44,933 bases of DNA from Candidatus Taylorbacteria bacterium RIFCSPLOWO2_02_FULL_44_35 (GTDB lineage Bacteria; Patescibacteriota; Minisyncoccia; Phycocordibacterales; DSPV01), in the NCBI GenBank assembly GCA_001822695.1, contig MHSF01000021.1:993-45925 (forward strand). Direction: 5' to 3'. Made by a program: the position numbers and the translations under genes. Position 1 is the stretch's first letter. Every line of letters starts with the position of its first letter. The notes beneath the pieces were generated by a model. It was not told the origin of the DNA. It ran no database searches and saw only the letters and a list, made by a program, of their open reading frames with translations. Positions 16,422-24,029 of this stretch are shown in pieces.

Positions 16422-16826
16422 ATGCTAAGCATTTTTCCTTTCCTTTTCAACTTTTCCTTTTTCGGACCAACAATTATCCGGCTGGTTGCTGCTTTAATTT
16501 TCGTCTTGGGCGGTTATCAAAAAACTTTTACTCGCAAGACCGAATGGGTTGCTCATTTTGAATCAGCGGGCATAAAATCCGCCGGGCAAATCATTTTAAT
16601 TGTCGGTATTTTGGAACTCATCGCTGGCGGTTTTCTGTTGGTTGGATTTTTAACCCAAGCGGCCGCCTTAACCTTGACGGTAATGTCTCTCGCTGCCATC
16701 GCCCTCAAAATCAAAAAACCGTCAGCCCTGCCGAATAAAGTCAGTTTCTATCTTTTGCTTTTGGCAATCAATCTTTCGCTCTTGCTCACCGGCCCCGGCG
16801 CCCTCGCTTTTGATTGGCCATTATAA
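16422..16826 (+). CDS. DoxX-family membrane protein
   Basis: Four TM helices with LIFVLGGYQKTF and GFLTQAAALTLTVM, typical of DoxX. I chose ATG 16422, preceded by TGgTACAAT at 16404-16412. Confidence 0.7.
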   Translation: MLSIFPFLFNFSFFGPTIIRLVAALIFVLGGYQKTFTRKTEWVAHFESAGIKSAGQIILIVGILELIAGGFLLVGFLTQAAALTLTVMSLAAIALKIKKPSALPNKVSFYLLLLAINLSLLLTGPGALAFDWPL

Positions 16827-16827
16827 A

Positions 16828-16943
16828 ATCTCCATTTGTAAAAGGGAGTATCCCGCCGCATAGGCGGGAGGAGGGATTTTAAAAAACAGAAAATCCCCCG
16901 CCCCGATGGACATCGGGGCACCCCCTTTTTCAAAGGGGGAATT
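16828..16943. repeat. Composite GC-hairpin repeat, modules X then Y
   Basis: X = atctccatttgtaaaagggagta[hairpin tcccgcc-gcata-ggcggga]ggagggatttt. Y = aaaatcccccg[hairpin ccccgat-ggac-atcgggg]cacccccttt-ttc-aaagggggaatt. The same modules occur in the order Y then X at 38831-38942. Track ORF 16748..16948 is a by-product. Confidence 0.8.
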
Positions 16944-17031
16944 AACAAAACTGGATTTTTGATATTTTCTCTGTTATATTTGTCTGGAGATTAAAATTTT
17001 TCATTTTGATTTTTACATTTTAAATTCTTGA

Positions 17032-17104
17032 CCGCCCATAGCTCAGTTGGTAGAGCAATCGCCTTTTAAGCGAGAGGTCGTAGGTTCGATTCCTACTGGG
17101 CGGA
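17032..17104 (+). tRNA. tRNA-Lys (anticodon UUU)
   Basis: CCGCCCA/TGGGCGG acceptor, GCTC-AGTTGGTA-GAGC D arm, anticodon loop CTTTTAA, T arm GTAGG-TTCGATT-CCTAC. Confidence 0.9.
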
Positions 17105-17106
17105 AT

Positions 17107-17784
17107 TCAAATCTCCAAAATCAGGCGTTCCAAGGCAACATCCAAATCAGGGCCGATGCGACGAGAATTATGATAAACAGCAACCATTTTTGATGATAAA
17201 TTTTTGAGCTCGGCGAGGGAATAATTTTTGGCAAAAACTCGTGATTTTTGAAAAACAAAAGGTTTCAAACCCGACTCCTCGGCGGTTTTCGCCAAAACCG
17301 CCGCCAGCATCGCTTTAATTTGCCAGAATAAAATACCGTGAATTTCTTCCGGCGCCAGCCCTTCGGCCAACGCTTTTTGATAAAGAATCCAAAGTCCCCT
17401 CTTGTCCCGCCGGCCCAATTTTTCTGTCAAAGAAAAAACATTAAAGGGTTTTTCTTTATTTGTCGCGCCGGAAAATTTCTGAACTTTCTTGGCAAATTTT
17501 TCTAATTCTTTTAAATCAGCTTTGCCTAACTCATCTTCCAGAAAAATAAAAACATTTTCGGAATCGGCCAGTGATTTAAGTTTTTTAAGAACGATTTCTT
17601 TGGCTTCCGCTGAACGAAAAACATTGTCGGCGAAAACGATATATTTTCTTTCAAAGAGCCCTTGCCCGCCACTCAACTCGTCTAATTTTCCGGCATTAGG
17701 TTTCCTTTTTTGTAAATCAGCAATCAGCTCTCGCGCTTTACCTCGCGCTTTTTCAAAATCATTTCCATAAATTAAGTACAACAT
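17107..17784 (-). CDS. holA: DNA polymerase III delta subunit (HolA)-like, short form
   Basis: MLYLIYGNDFEKARGKARELI... N-terminus and overall helical C-terminal half resemble HolA. 225 aa, shorter than in model bacteria. Confidence 0.6.
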   Translation of the reverse strand: MLYLIYGNDFEKARGKARELIADLQKRKPNAGKLDELSGGQGLFERKYIVFADNVFRSAEAKEIVLKKLKSLADSENVFIFLEDELGKADLKELEKFAKKVQKFSGATNKEKPFNVFSLTEKLGRRDKRGLWILYQKALAEGLAPEEIHGILFWQIKAMLAAVLAKTAEESGLKPFVFQKSRVFAKNYSLAELKNLSSKMVAVYHNSRRIGPDLDVALERLILEI

Positions 17785-17820
17785 ATTTAAATTCTTATTT
17801 CGGCAAAATTGTAAAAATGC

Positions 17821-19194
17821 TTACCCGAACTTTTTCATCATACCCCAATTGTCGCCCACTGACACATCGGCGACAATCGGCACTTCCTTGGTTTCCGAAA
17901 GCGGCAGGACATTTTCCATAATTTCTTTAATTTTCGGCGCTACCGCGCTGACCAAATTTTCGGCGGTTTCATAGACCAATTCGTCATGAACTTGGAGCAG
18001 GAGAAAAACTTTTTCCAACAACTTTTCCTTGCGCAAAAATTCAGCCACCTGCGCCATCGCGATTTTAATGACATCCGCTTCTGTCCCTTGAATCGGCGCG
18101 TTAATAGCCATCCGTTCAGCGGCGGCGCGAATAAAAGGAAGGGGTGATTTGAAACCTTCAAAGTAGCGCCGCCTACCAAAATAGGTCTCGGTGAAGCCCC
18201 GTCGCGCCGCTGCTGCTCTGGTTTCGTCCAGATATTTTGCTAAACCAACGAAGGTTTGAAAATAATTTTCGTAAAATTTTTGCGCCTCTTTTCTGTCCGT
18301 GCCTAATTGTTGCCGCAAAGCGTTTACCCCCATGCCATACATCACGCCAAAATTAATGACCTTCGCCCGCCGGCGCATTTCTTTAGAAACTTCATCCAAC
18401 GGCACATTGAAAACCCGCGAAGCTACCGCCGCGTGAACATCAGCGCCGGCTTTGAAAATTTCAATCAATTTTTTATCGCCCGACAAAAAAGCGGCAATTC
18501 GCAACTCTATCTGTGAATAATCAAAACTCACCAATTCAAAACCAGGTGTCGCCACAAAACCTTCCCTGATTTCTCGCCCAACATCGGTTTTGTTGGGAAT
18601 ATTTTGAAGATTGGGCTCGCGCGAAGCCATTCTGCCCGTAGTTGTTCCGGCTTGAATAAAAGTGGTGTGCAATCGTCCGGTCTTATCCACCAACGCCGGC
18701 AGCGGAACAATATAGGTGCCGAGCAATTTCGCCAATTCGCGATGCTCCAAAATCAAAGGAATAATCTGGTGGACTTCGCGTAACTTTTCCAGTTCCGATT
18801 CTTTGGTGGAAAGCATTCCAGTTTTTGCGGTTTTTTTCTGATTCTTGGCTTTCAAGCCCAATTTGACAAAAAGCACTTCGCCAAGCTGTTTCGGAGAACT
18901 AACATTAAAATTAACGCCGGCCAGTTTCCAAATTTGCTTTTCCAATTCAGCCAGCCGCGCCCGATATTTTTCTGATAATTTTTTAAAAATATTTTTGTCC
19001 AACAAAACTCCTCGTTCATTCATCTCTTTCACCACCGGCAAAAGCGGTTTTTCTATTTCCTCAAAAATTTTCAGCAAATTTTTCTTTTTCAGTTCTTCAA
19101 ATAAAATCTGGCGGGCTTCATCGGCTTTTTTGGTTTTAGTAAATTCTAAAATTTCCTCTGTTTGGGGTCGGTCTTGGCCGAATTCAATAACCAA
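17821..19194 (-). CDS. polA: DNA polymerase I, polymerase (palm/fingers/thumb) part; downstream half of a frame-split polA
   Basis: Family A motifs RLHTTFIQAGTTTGRMASREPNLQNIP, SFDYSQIELRIAAFLSGD, RRRAKVINFGVMYGM, LLLQVHDELVYE. The track 'start' is a TTG with no ATG nearby, and the frame continues homology begun in 19146..20234. Confidence 0.85.
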   Translation of the reverse strand: MVIEFGQDRPQTEEILEFTKTKKADEARQILFEELKKKNLLKIFEEIEKPLLPVVKEMNERGVLLDKNIFKKLSEKYRARLAELEKQIWKLAGVNFNVSSPKQLGEVLFVKLGLKAKNQKKTAKTGMLSTKESELEKLREVHQIIPLILEHRELAKLLGTYIVPLPALVDKTGRLHTTFIQAGTTTGRMASREPNLQNIPNKTDVGREIREGFVATPGFELVSFDYSQIELRIAAFLSGDKKLIEIFKAGADVHAAVASRVFNVPLDEVSKEMRRRAKVINFGVMYGMGVNALRQQLGTDRKEAQKFYENYFQTFVGLAKYLDETRAAAARRGFTETYFGRRRYFEGFKSPLPFIRAAAERMAINAPIQGTEADVIKIAMAQVAEFLRKEKLLEKVFLLLQVHDELVYETAENLVSAVAPKIKEIMENVLPLSETKEVPIVADVSVGDNWGMMKKFG

Positions 19195-20234
19195 ACCATT
19201 ACTCCCAATTCTATTTCTTCCTCTCTTGAGAATTTATCTGTTTTTAAAGCTATTGAAGCTTCAGCAGCTAAGGAAGCCTCGCCTAACGGACGGGCAGGTA
19301 TCTTGCTACCACCCAACATCTGTTCAAACCTCGCCCCCAGTGTCCGAAATTCTAACTCATTGAAAATTCTTTTAACTTTTCCCAAATCAACCGACTGGCG
19401 CCAGTTTTGCGCCGGCAATTTAAAATCAATCGGCGCGTCGGTTCTGATGGTTGCCAAGGTTTTGGAAAACAATGCTTCCTCCTCGTTTTTTTCCAAAAGT
19501 TCAATAATCCTCGGTTTGATGCCCGCTTCGGCAAAAACTTTTTTATCTTGCCGCAATTTTTCATAAATTTCTTCAATGGCGCCGAAATTTACGATTAAAT
19601 TGGTTGCCGTTTTTTCACCGATACCCGAAACACCGATAATATTGTCCGACGGGTCACCAGCCAAACCCTTGTAATCAGGCAGAAGTTTCGGCCCAAAACC
19701 GAATCGTTCCAAAACTTTTTTTTCGTCATACAAAATCGTGTCGGAAATTCCCTTACGCAAAGTAAATACCAGCACCTTATCGCCGGAAACAAGCTGTAGC
19801 GTATCCATATCTCCTGACGCAATAATTATTTCAATCTCTTGTAACGTGTAACTTATAACTTGTAACTTTTGGACAATCGTGCCGAGAATATCGTCAGCTT
19901 CAAAACCCGGACAGTCGTAAATGGGAATATTAAAAGCGGCAAAAATATCGCGGGAGCGTTTTAATTGGTTAATTAAATTGCCTTCGGCTTTCGGCCGCTG
20001 GGCTTTATAGCCTTCGTAGGCGACATGGCGATGAGTCGGACCCGGCAAATCGTAAGCGGCAACAAGATAATCCGGTTTTAAATCGGCAATCAGTTTTATG
20101 AGCATCGCCGCCAAGCCATATAATCCACCTGTTGGCTCGCCTTTGGCGGTCGCAAAATCCGGTAGGGCGTGATAAGCACGATGAATTATGGCGTGGGCGT
20201 CCAAAAGCACCAGACGTTTTTTCTTATCAGTCAT
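19146..20234 (-). CDS. polA: DNA polymerase I, 5'-3' exonuclease part plus linker; upstream half of the frame-split polA
   Basis: LLDAHAIIHRAYHAL, GFEADDILGT, SGDMDTLQLV, DNIIGVSGIGEKTA (5' nuclease/HhH motifs). It ends ...VWLLNSAKTDPKQRKF*, where the other frame reads ...QTEEILEFTK. Confidence 0.85.
   Translation of the reverse strand: MTDKKKRLVLLDAHAIIHRAYHALPDFATAKGEPTGGLYGLAAMLIKLIADLKPDYLVAAYDLPGPTHRHVAYEGYKAQRPKAEGNLINQLKRSRDIFAAFNIPIYDCPGFEADDILGTIVQKLQVISYTLQEIEIIIASGDMDTLQLVSGDKVLVFTLRKGISDTILYDEKKVLERFGFGPKLLPDYKGLAGDPSDNIIGVSGIGEKTATNLIVNFGAIEEIYEKLRQDKKVFAEAGIKPRIIELLEKNEEEALFSKTLATIRTDAPIDFKLPAQNWRQSVDLGKVKRIFNELEFRTLGARFEQMLGGSKIPARPLGEASLAAEASIALKTDKFSREEEIELGVMVWLLNSAKTDPKQRKF
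19838..19868. repeat. Family A 'GTAAC-word' element lying in frame inside the polA 5'-nuclease domain
   Basis: cttgtaacgtgtaacttataacttgtaactt. 26/31 identical to 8848-8878. 19848-19868 is identical to 44510-44530. It encodes KLQVISYTLQ between the conserved ADDILGT and SGDMDTLQL motifs. Confidence 0.8.
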
Positions 20235-20371
20235 AATCGTATTCTACCCCTTTATTAAAAAAGAAAAAATGACTGGTTTTTAATTCGCGTTTTAATTCGC
20301 AACTAACAGTTTATAATCGATTGGTTTACCGTATATGCTTATTATTCCCCATGGAAAATTATAAGTGTATT

Positions 20372-20803
20372 TTAGAGAACTATTTTTCTGGTATTCTCAT
20401 CTATGAACTCAAAACTAATCTTCGGGATATCCTTCGGCAAAACATTTTTAACATTCTCCGGCCATTCCAAAAAAATTAAATTTCTTGGTTCAGCGACGAT
20501 TTCCTCCAAACCAAGTTTGGCCAGTTCTTCTCCTCTTTCTAATCTGTAAGCATCTAGGTGATAGAGATTTGAAAATTGAAAATTGAAAATTGAAAATTTC
20601 TTCATAATTACAAAGGTGGGGCTGGTGATATTTTCCTGAACGCCTAGAGTGCGAGCGACACATTGAACGAAAGTTGTTTTGCCCGAACCAAGTTCGCCTG
20701 AAAGCGCGACCAAAGTGGCCTCGTCTTTTTTAGGTATCAATTTTGCCACAAAATCTTGGGCAAACTTTTCCGTTTCCGCCAAACTTCTACTGATTATTTT
20801 CAT
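20372..20803 (-). CDS. tsaE: tRNA t6A biosynthesis ATPase TsaE (YjeE)
   Basis: LSGELGSGKTTFVQCVARTLGV, SPTFVIM and LYHLDAYRL are TsaE signatures. I chose ATG 20803 (TGtTATAGT lies 6 nt upstream) over the track start at 20830. Confidence 0.85.
   Translation of the reverse strand: MKIISRSLAETEKFAQDFVAKLIPKKDEATLVALSGELGSGKTTFVQCVARTLGVQENITSPTFVIMKKFSIFNFQFSNLYHLDAYRLERGEELAKLGLEEIVAEPRNLIFLEWPENVKNVLPKDIPKISFEFIDENTRKIVL
20569..20596. repeat. Four perfect tandem copies of the heptamer TTGAAAA inside tsaE
   Basis: ttgaaaa x4 on the plus strand. It encodes FSIFNFQFS between the SPTF and LYHLD motifs. Confidence 0.95.
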
Positions 20804-20971
20804 AAACAAACTATAACACTTTTTGCGCAAAAAAATAAAAACCAGCAGATATTTGCTATCGCTAACATCTGCTAAAAATTGTTATCAAGCCATATCGGCA
20901 TAAAAATAAAAAAGACGCGCTGGAACTCTCCAAACGCGTCTTGCGAAATCCGCTTCTTCAGCCGTCGTCAC

Positions 20972-21691
20972 CTAACGATGGCCACGATGATGACGCTCTT
21001 GTTGCCTTCCTGGCCCCCAGGTCCGGTGACGGACAAGCCGTCCGCTCTGCCACTCAAACCCAGCCGAGTAGGATGGGTACGAGTAGTAAACATCCATCGT
21101 CGGTGCCACATACGCCGGTGTGGTGTATGTCGCCGACCAACTCGTGGAAGTGTAAGGAATAATTCCAAACAACTTCCCCGTCGACACTCTTACGGCACCG
21201 TTGCCATAACCATTGCCATATCCATACGATGCCGGTGGTAGTGGTGCTGGCGCTGGCTGATAAGTCGGCATATTCCCGGTAGCTTGGCTCCAGGAAATCG
21301 GCTGTCCACCGTTGCCCCAATTCTTCTGGGGTTCGGTTAATGCCGTAGGAACTGGCGCCGGAGCTGGTGGGTTGGTCGGGACAGAAAATCCTAACTCTTT
21401 CGCTGCCTTAATTTCCTCGGCTCGATGCTCCAGATCCGCAAGAGCCCGTTCGTGCCGAAGATTCTCGGCCTGCACCTCCTTGAGATGCTCTTTGTAATCG
21501 GGACCCCGATACTTCAAGGTCCTCCTTTCCGGATCCTGACTGTACCGGTATCCAGCGCGCGAGGAGGTGTTCACCACCTTCGGCACCGTCGAGCACCCGA
21601 GGAGAGCGAACACCAGCCATACGACAATGGCAAGGGATAGGACCGTTCGAACATCCACATTCCGTATTTTGACTTCTTTCGTTGTTTTCAT
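20972..21691 (-). CDS. Putative lipoprotein (239 aa) in a G+C-rich island
   Basis: Signal peptide with lipobox (VVWLVFALLGCS), a coiled-coil stretch, a Pro-rich linker (PTNPPAPAPVP) and a Gly/Tyr-rich region (YGYGNGYGNG). Line 21001-21060 has 40/60 G+C. Several long shadow ORFs overlap, as expected for high G+C. Confidence 0.65.
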   Translation of the reverse strand: MKTTKEVKIRNVDVRTVLSLAIVVWLVFALLGCSTVPKVVNTSSRAGYRYSQDPERRTLKYRGPDYKEHLKEVQAENLRHERALADLEHRAEEIKAAKELGFSVPTNPPAPAPVPTALTEPQKNWGNGGQPISWSQATGNMPTYQPAPAPLPPASYGYGNGYGNGAVRVSTGKLFGIIPYTSTSWSATYTTPAYVAPTMDVYYSYPSYSAGFEWQSGRLVRHRTWGPGRQQERHHRGHR

Positions 21692-22154
21692 TTTCTGCCT
21701 TTCCGCCTTTCTGTTTTTTGTGTTTTGTTTTCCGAACTCTATGAATCCGCGACTTCTTGCACACGCAAGCTCACGAACTCAATTGAGTGGAGGATGTTAA
21801 GGTACATCCTCCGAAAACCGTGAAGTTGGAATTACTTCTGCAACTTCTCCAACCTCTCACGCGCGGCGGACACATAGTTGTGACCCCCACCGTAACGGTG
21901 GCTCAGTTTCTTGATTCTTTTCACCAACTTGCTTTTTTTGTGTGCTAGGTTCACTTTGTTTCCTGTGTTGTGTCCTACCTTTCGGCAGAGCGAGTTTCTG
22001 TTTATTTGAACTGCCCAATATGTTAGCAGAAAATCGGAAAGTTGTCAAGCAGAAAAAATTTTAAATGCTCAAAATACCCAAAAACTCTTATTTTGAGCCA
22101 TTTTTGGCGAGGAAATTTCTTGAGCAAGACGGCGAGGAGGCGAGCGGGCAAGGT

Positions 22155-22193
22155 GCCCCGTCCTCTGGATTTTCCAAATCCAGAGGACGGGGC
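22155..22193. repeat. Perfect 18-bp stem / 3-nt loop hairpin
   Basis: gccccgtcctctggattt-tcc-aaatccagaggacggggc, in the divergent lipoprotein/pilB spacer, where it cannot serve as a terminator for either gene. Confidence 0.8.
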
Positions 22194-22211
22194 GAGCGAG
22201 CCGAGCGGAAA

Positions 22212-22240
22212 GGAAAAATTCCCCGCTGGGGAATTTTTCC
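22212..22240. repeat. Perfect 13-bp stem / 3-nt loop hairpin
   Basis: ggaaaaattcccc-gct-ggggaatttttcc, 39 nt upstream of the pilB -10 box. Confidence 0.8.
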
Positions 22241-22278
22241 GGTCTTGCGAAAGAAGATTTCCGAGCAAAAACAAATCG

Positions 22279-22287
22279 TGGTAAAAT
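22279..22287 (+). promoter_or_regulatory. Extended -10 box (TGgTAAAAT) 6 nt upstream of the pilB ATG
   Basis: tg-g-taaaat, then aaaacc, then ATG at 22294. No Shine-Dalgarno-like purine run. Confidence 0.5.
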
Positions 22288-22293
22288 AAAACC

Positions 22294-23988
22294 ATGTCCA
22301 TCCAATTTGACGAGGAAAAACAAAAGCAAAAACTGGAAAGCGTGCGTCATAAAGAAGAAGAGGATTTAGCTCAAACTTTGTCGACGAAATACGCTGTGCC
22401 TTATATCAACTTGTCTGGCGTTGCTATTGCCACCGACGCTCTTCGATTGATAGACGAAAAAACTGCCCGCGATTTGAAAGTCGCGCCCTTCAGTTTAATC
22501 GGCAAAAAAGTCGCCGTCGGCGCGCTCTCTCCGATTAGAGCCGGCATTTCGCAACTAATTCAAAAATTAAAAGATGACGGCTACGAACCGGAACTTTATA
22601 TCATTTCCAACGATAGTTTAGAGAAAACTTGGGGGCGCTACCAAGACCTGTCGTTCGCCAAAAGAACCGAAGCCGGTTCTTTGGAAATTTCCAGCGAAGA
22701 AGTGAGTATTCGGGCCAAGGAATTGGCAACCATCAAAGACACGGCCGTCTTGATTAAAAAAACCATAGATGAAAAACAACGTCTGCGGGTGTCGCACATT
22801 ATGGAAATTATTTTAGCCGGCGCTTTGGCCGCCGAAGCCTCTGACATTCACATTGAACCGGAAGAATCTTATGTCCGAATGCGTTACCGTTTGGATGGTG
22901 TTCTAAATGATGTTTTAAATTTTGACCACGATACTTATAATTTACTCTCATCGCGCATTAAACTGCTTTCCGGTTTGAAGCTCAACATCAAAAGTGAAGC
23001 CCAGGATGGACGGTTTAGTGTCAAAATCGGTGAGGTTGACATCGAAATCAGAACTTCCGTCCTTCCCGGCAATTACGGCGAATCAATCGTACTCCGAGTG
23101 TTAAATCCAAAAACCATCGCCGTACCTTTTGAAGAATTGGGTATGGATCAAAAACTCCGTGATGTCATCGCTCTTGAACTCAATAAACCGAACGGCATGA
23201 TTTTGACTACCGGCCCGACTGGTTCCGGAAAAACCACCACCCTTTACGCTTTTTTGAAAAAAATCCACACCTCAGCGGTAAAAATCATCACCATTGAAGA
23301 CCCAATTGAGTATCATTTGCCGGGCATCGTCCAAACCCAGACCGACGACAAGGAATACACTTTTGCCAACGGCTTACGTTCGTCGCTCCGCCAGGACCCC
23401 GATGTGATAATGGTTGGCGAAATTCGCGACAACGAAACCGCTGATATCGCTATCAACGCCTCCTTGACCGGCCACTTGGTTTTTTCCACTCTCCACACCA
23501 ATGACGCCGCCGGCGCTTACCCGCGACTCATCGATCTCGGCATCAATCCGAAAATTCTCGGCTCGGCCGTCACCTTGACAATGGCTCAGCGATTGGTGCG
23601 CCGTCTTTGCCCTGTTTGCAAGAAAAAAACACCACCCAACGCCATCGATAAAGAAAAGATTGAAAAAATACTGAAGACACTGCCGTCCAATGAGGCCGCG
23701 CCAAAAGATTGGCAAACCTTCGAACCGGTCGGTTGCGCCAAATGCAATCATACCGGCTTCAGGGGCCGCATCGGCGTCTTTGAAGGCATCAAAACCGACG
23801 AGGCAATTGAAAAATTAATCAACGAAAACCCCAGCGACCGCGAAATCCGCAAGTTAGCCAAACCCCAAGGCCTGTTGACTATGCAACAGGACGGTATTAT
23901 TAAAGTTTTGGGGGGTGTCACTTCGCTGGAGGAGCTTGCTCGCGTCGTTGATTTAGAACAAGACACGGAACAAGAAATCGTCAATTGA
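22294..23988 (+). CDS. pilB: Type IV pilus/type II secretion assembly ATPase (PilB/GspE family)
   Basis: Walker A TTGPTGSGKTTTL, Asp box, Walker B DPDVIMVGEIRD, His box LVFSTLHTNDAAG and a tetracysteine motif (CPVCKK...CAKCNHTG). Confidence 0.9.
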   Translation: MSIQFDEEKQKQKLESVRHKEEEDLAQTLSTKYAVPYINLSGVAIATDALRLIDEKTARDLKVAPFSLIGKKVAVGALSPIRAGISQLIQKLKDDGYEPELYIISNDSLEKTWGRYQDLSFAKRTEAGSLEISSEEVSIRAKELATIKDTAVLIKKTIDEKQRLRVSHIMEIILAGALAAEASDIHIEPEESYVRMRYRLDGVLNDVLNFDHDTYNLLSSRIKLLSGLKLNIKSEAQDGRFSVKIGEVDIEIRTSVLPGNYGESIVLRVLNPKTIAVPFEELGMDQKLRDVIALELNKPNGMILTTGPTGSGKTTTLYAFLKKIHTSAVKIITIEDPIEYHLPGIVQTQTDDKEYTFANGLRSSLRQDPDVIMVGEIRDNETADIAINASLTGHLVFSTLHTNDAAGAYPRLIDLGINPKILGSAVTLTMAQRLVRRLCPVCKKKTPPNAIDKEKIEKILKTLPSNEAAPKDWQTFEPVGCAKCNHTGFRGRIGVFEGIKTDEAIEKLINENPSDREIRKLAKPQGLLTMQQDGIIKVLGGVTSLEELARVVDLEQDTEQEIVN

Positions 23989-24029
23989 CCAAAATCTGGC
24001 CGCCGACTAATATCGGAAGAAAGTTCGTT

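Noticed and set aside
16748-16948. 66-aa ORF ending in 'PPLKKGVPRCPSGRG...'
   Set aside because: It is encoded entirely by the X/Y hairpin repeat. The same nucleotides recur elsewhere in a different frame context.
20569-20596. Possibility that the tandem words or palindromes (here and in families A and B) are a CRISPR array
   Set aside because: Units are 7-12 nt or are single arm-loop-arm palindromes. There is no series of 25-40-nt direct repeats separated by unique spacers, and there are no cas genes.
20879-21764. Multiple overlapping ORFs in the G+C-rich island (20879..21241, 20941..21162, 21054..21320, 21408..21764 and others)
   Set aside because: High G+C suppresses stop codons in all frames. 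Only 20972..21691 has a signal peptide and lipobox and a purine-rich, SD-like run just upstream of its ATG.
22023-22350. Track ORFs 22023..22301, 22042..22284, 22065..22289 and 22069..22350
   Set aside because: They are mutually overlapping frames that run through the perfect hairpins of the spacer. There are no motifs and no coherent start context.
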